Positions 25,532-25,690 of a stretch of 25,690 nucleotides of DNA are shown piece after piece. Both the position numbers and the translations under genes were made by a program. This DNA is from Thermoanaerobaculia bacterium (lineage in GTDB: Bacteria; Acidobacteriota; Thermoanaerobaculia; Multivoradales; UBA5704). Under the pieces are notes generated by a model. It was not told where the DNA came from and did no database searches. It saw only the letters and a list, made by a program, of their open reading frames with translations. Position 1 is the stretch's first letter. Each line of letters opens with the position of its first letter. Location: NCBI GenBank assembly GCA_036403495.1, contig DASWQX010000043.1, positions 1 to 25,690 of the forward strand. Direction: 5' to 3'.

Positions 25532-25615
25532 TCTAACTAAAACTAACTAAGGACTCGTCACAGAATAACTGCACCAGTTCCCCGGAGCACGGCAGCCCCA
25601 GGACATCTGGTTCCG

Positions 25616-25676
25616 TCCGGCCCAACGGGCCGGGAGAACGGAGCCCAGGGCTGAGGCCGAAGGCCGATGCCCTGGG
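25616..25676. repeat. Compound palindromic REP/MITE-like element
   Basis: Hairpin CCGGCCC-caac-GGGCCGG (25616-25633), then CCCAGGGC...GCCCTGGG (25644-25676) enclosing GGCC-gaa-GGCC. Confidence 0.5.
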
Positions 25677-25690
25677 TGGGAGGGAGGACA

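Overview
A high-GC bacterial window (about 70-77% GC in core genes by spot counts), with gene style suggestive of Acidobacteriota/Thermoanaerobaculia or a similar lineage (inference). It has four parts. (1) 1-16205, minus strand: a tightly coupled 15-gene surface-glycan operon with 7 GT4-type glycosyltransferases, 1 GT2, Wzx-like and Wzy-like membrane proteins, perosamine synthetase plus N-acetyltransferase, an AsnB-type amidotransferase and two methyltransferases. It runs off the left edge. (2) 16362-19047, minus strand: an orphan secreted protein, a SprT-like HExxH metalloprotease preceded by a non-coding 20-bp-period tandem array, and a NAPE-PLD-like metallo-beta-lactamase-fold hydrolase. 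(3) 19052-21576, plus strand: a lower-GC two-gene cassette, AAA+ ATPase/DUF4143 plus a Schlafen/AlbA_2-like protein, both with apparently eroded nuclease motifs; a candidate defence or regulatory module. (4) 21617-25690: DUF1499, a group II PLP decarboxylase and an MbtH / thioesterase II / Sfp-PPTase trio with no NRPS in the window, then REP/MITE-like palindromes. No rRNA, tRNA, CRISPR array or transposase was found. Several starts were re-called from stop/start overlaps because the ORF track over-extends them.
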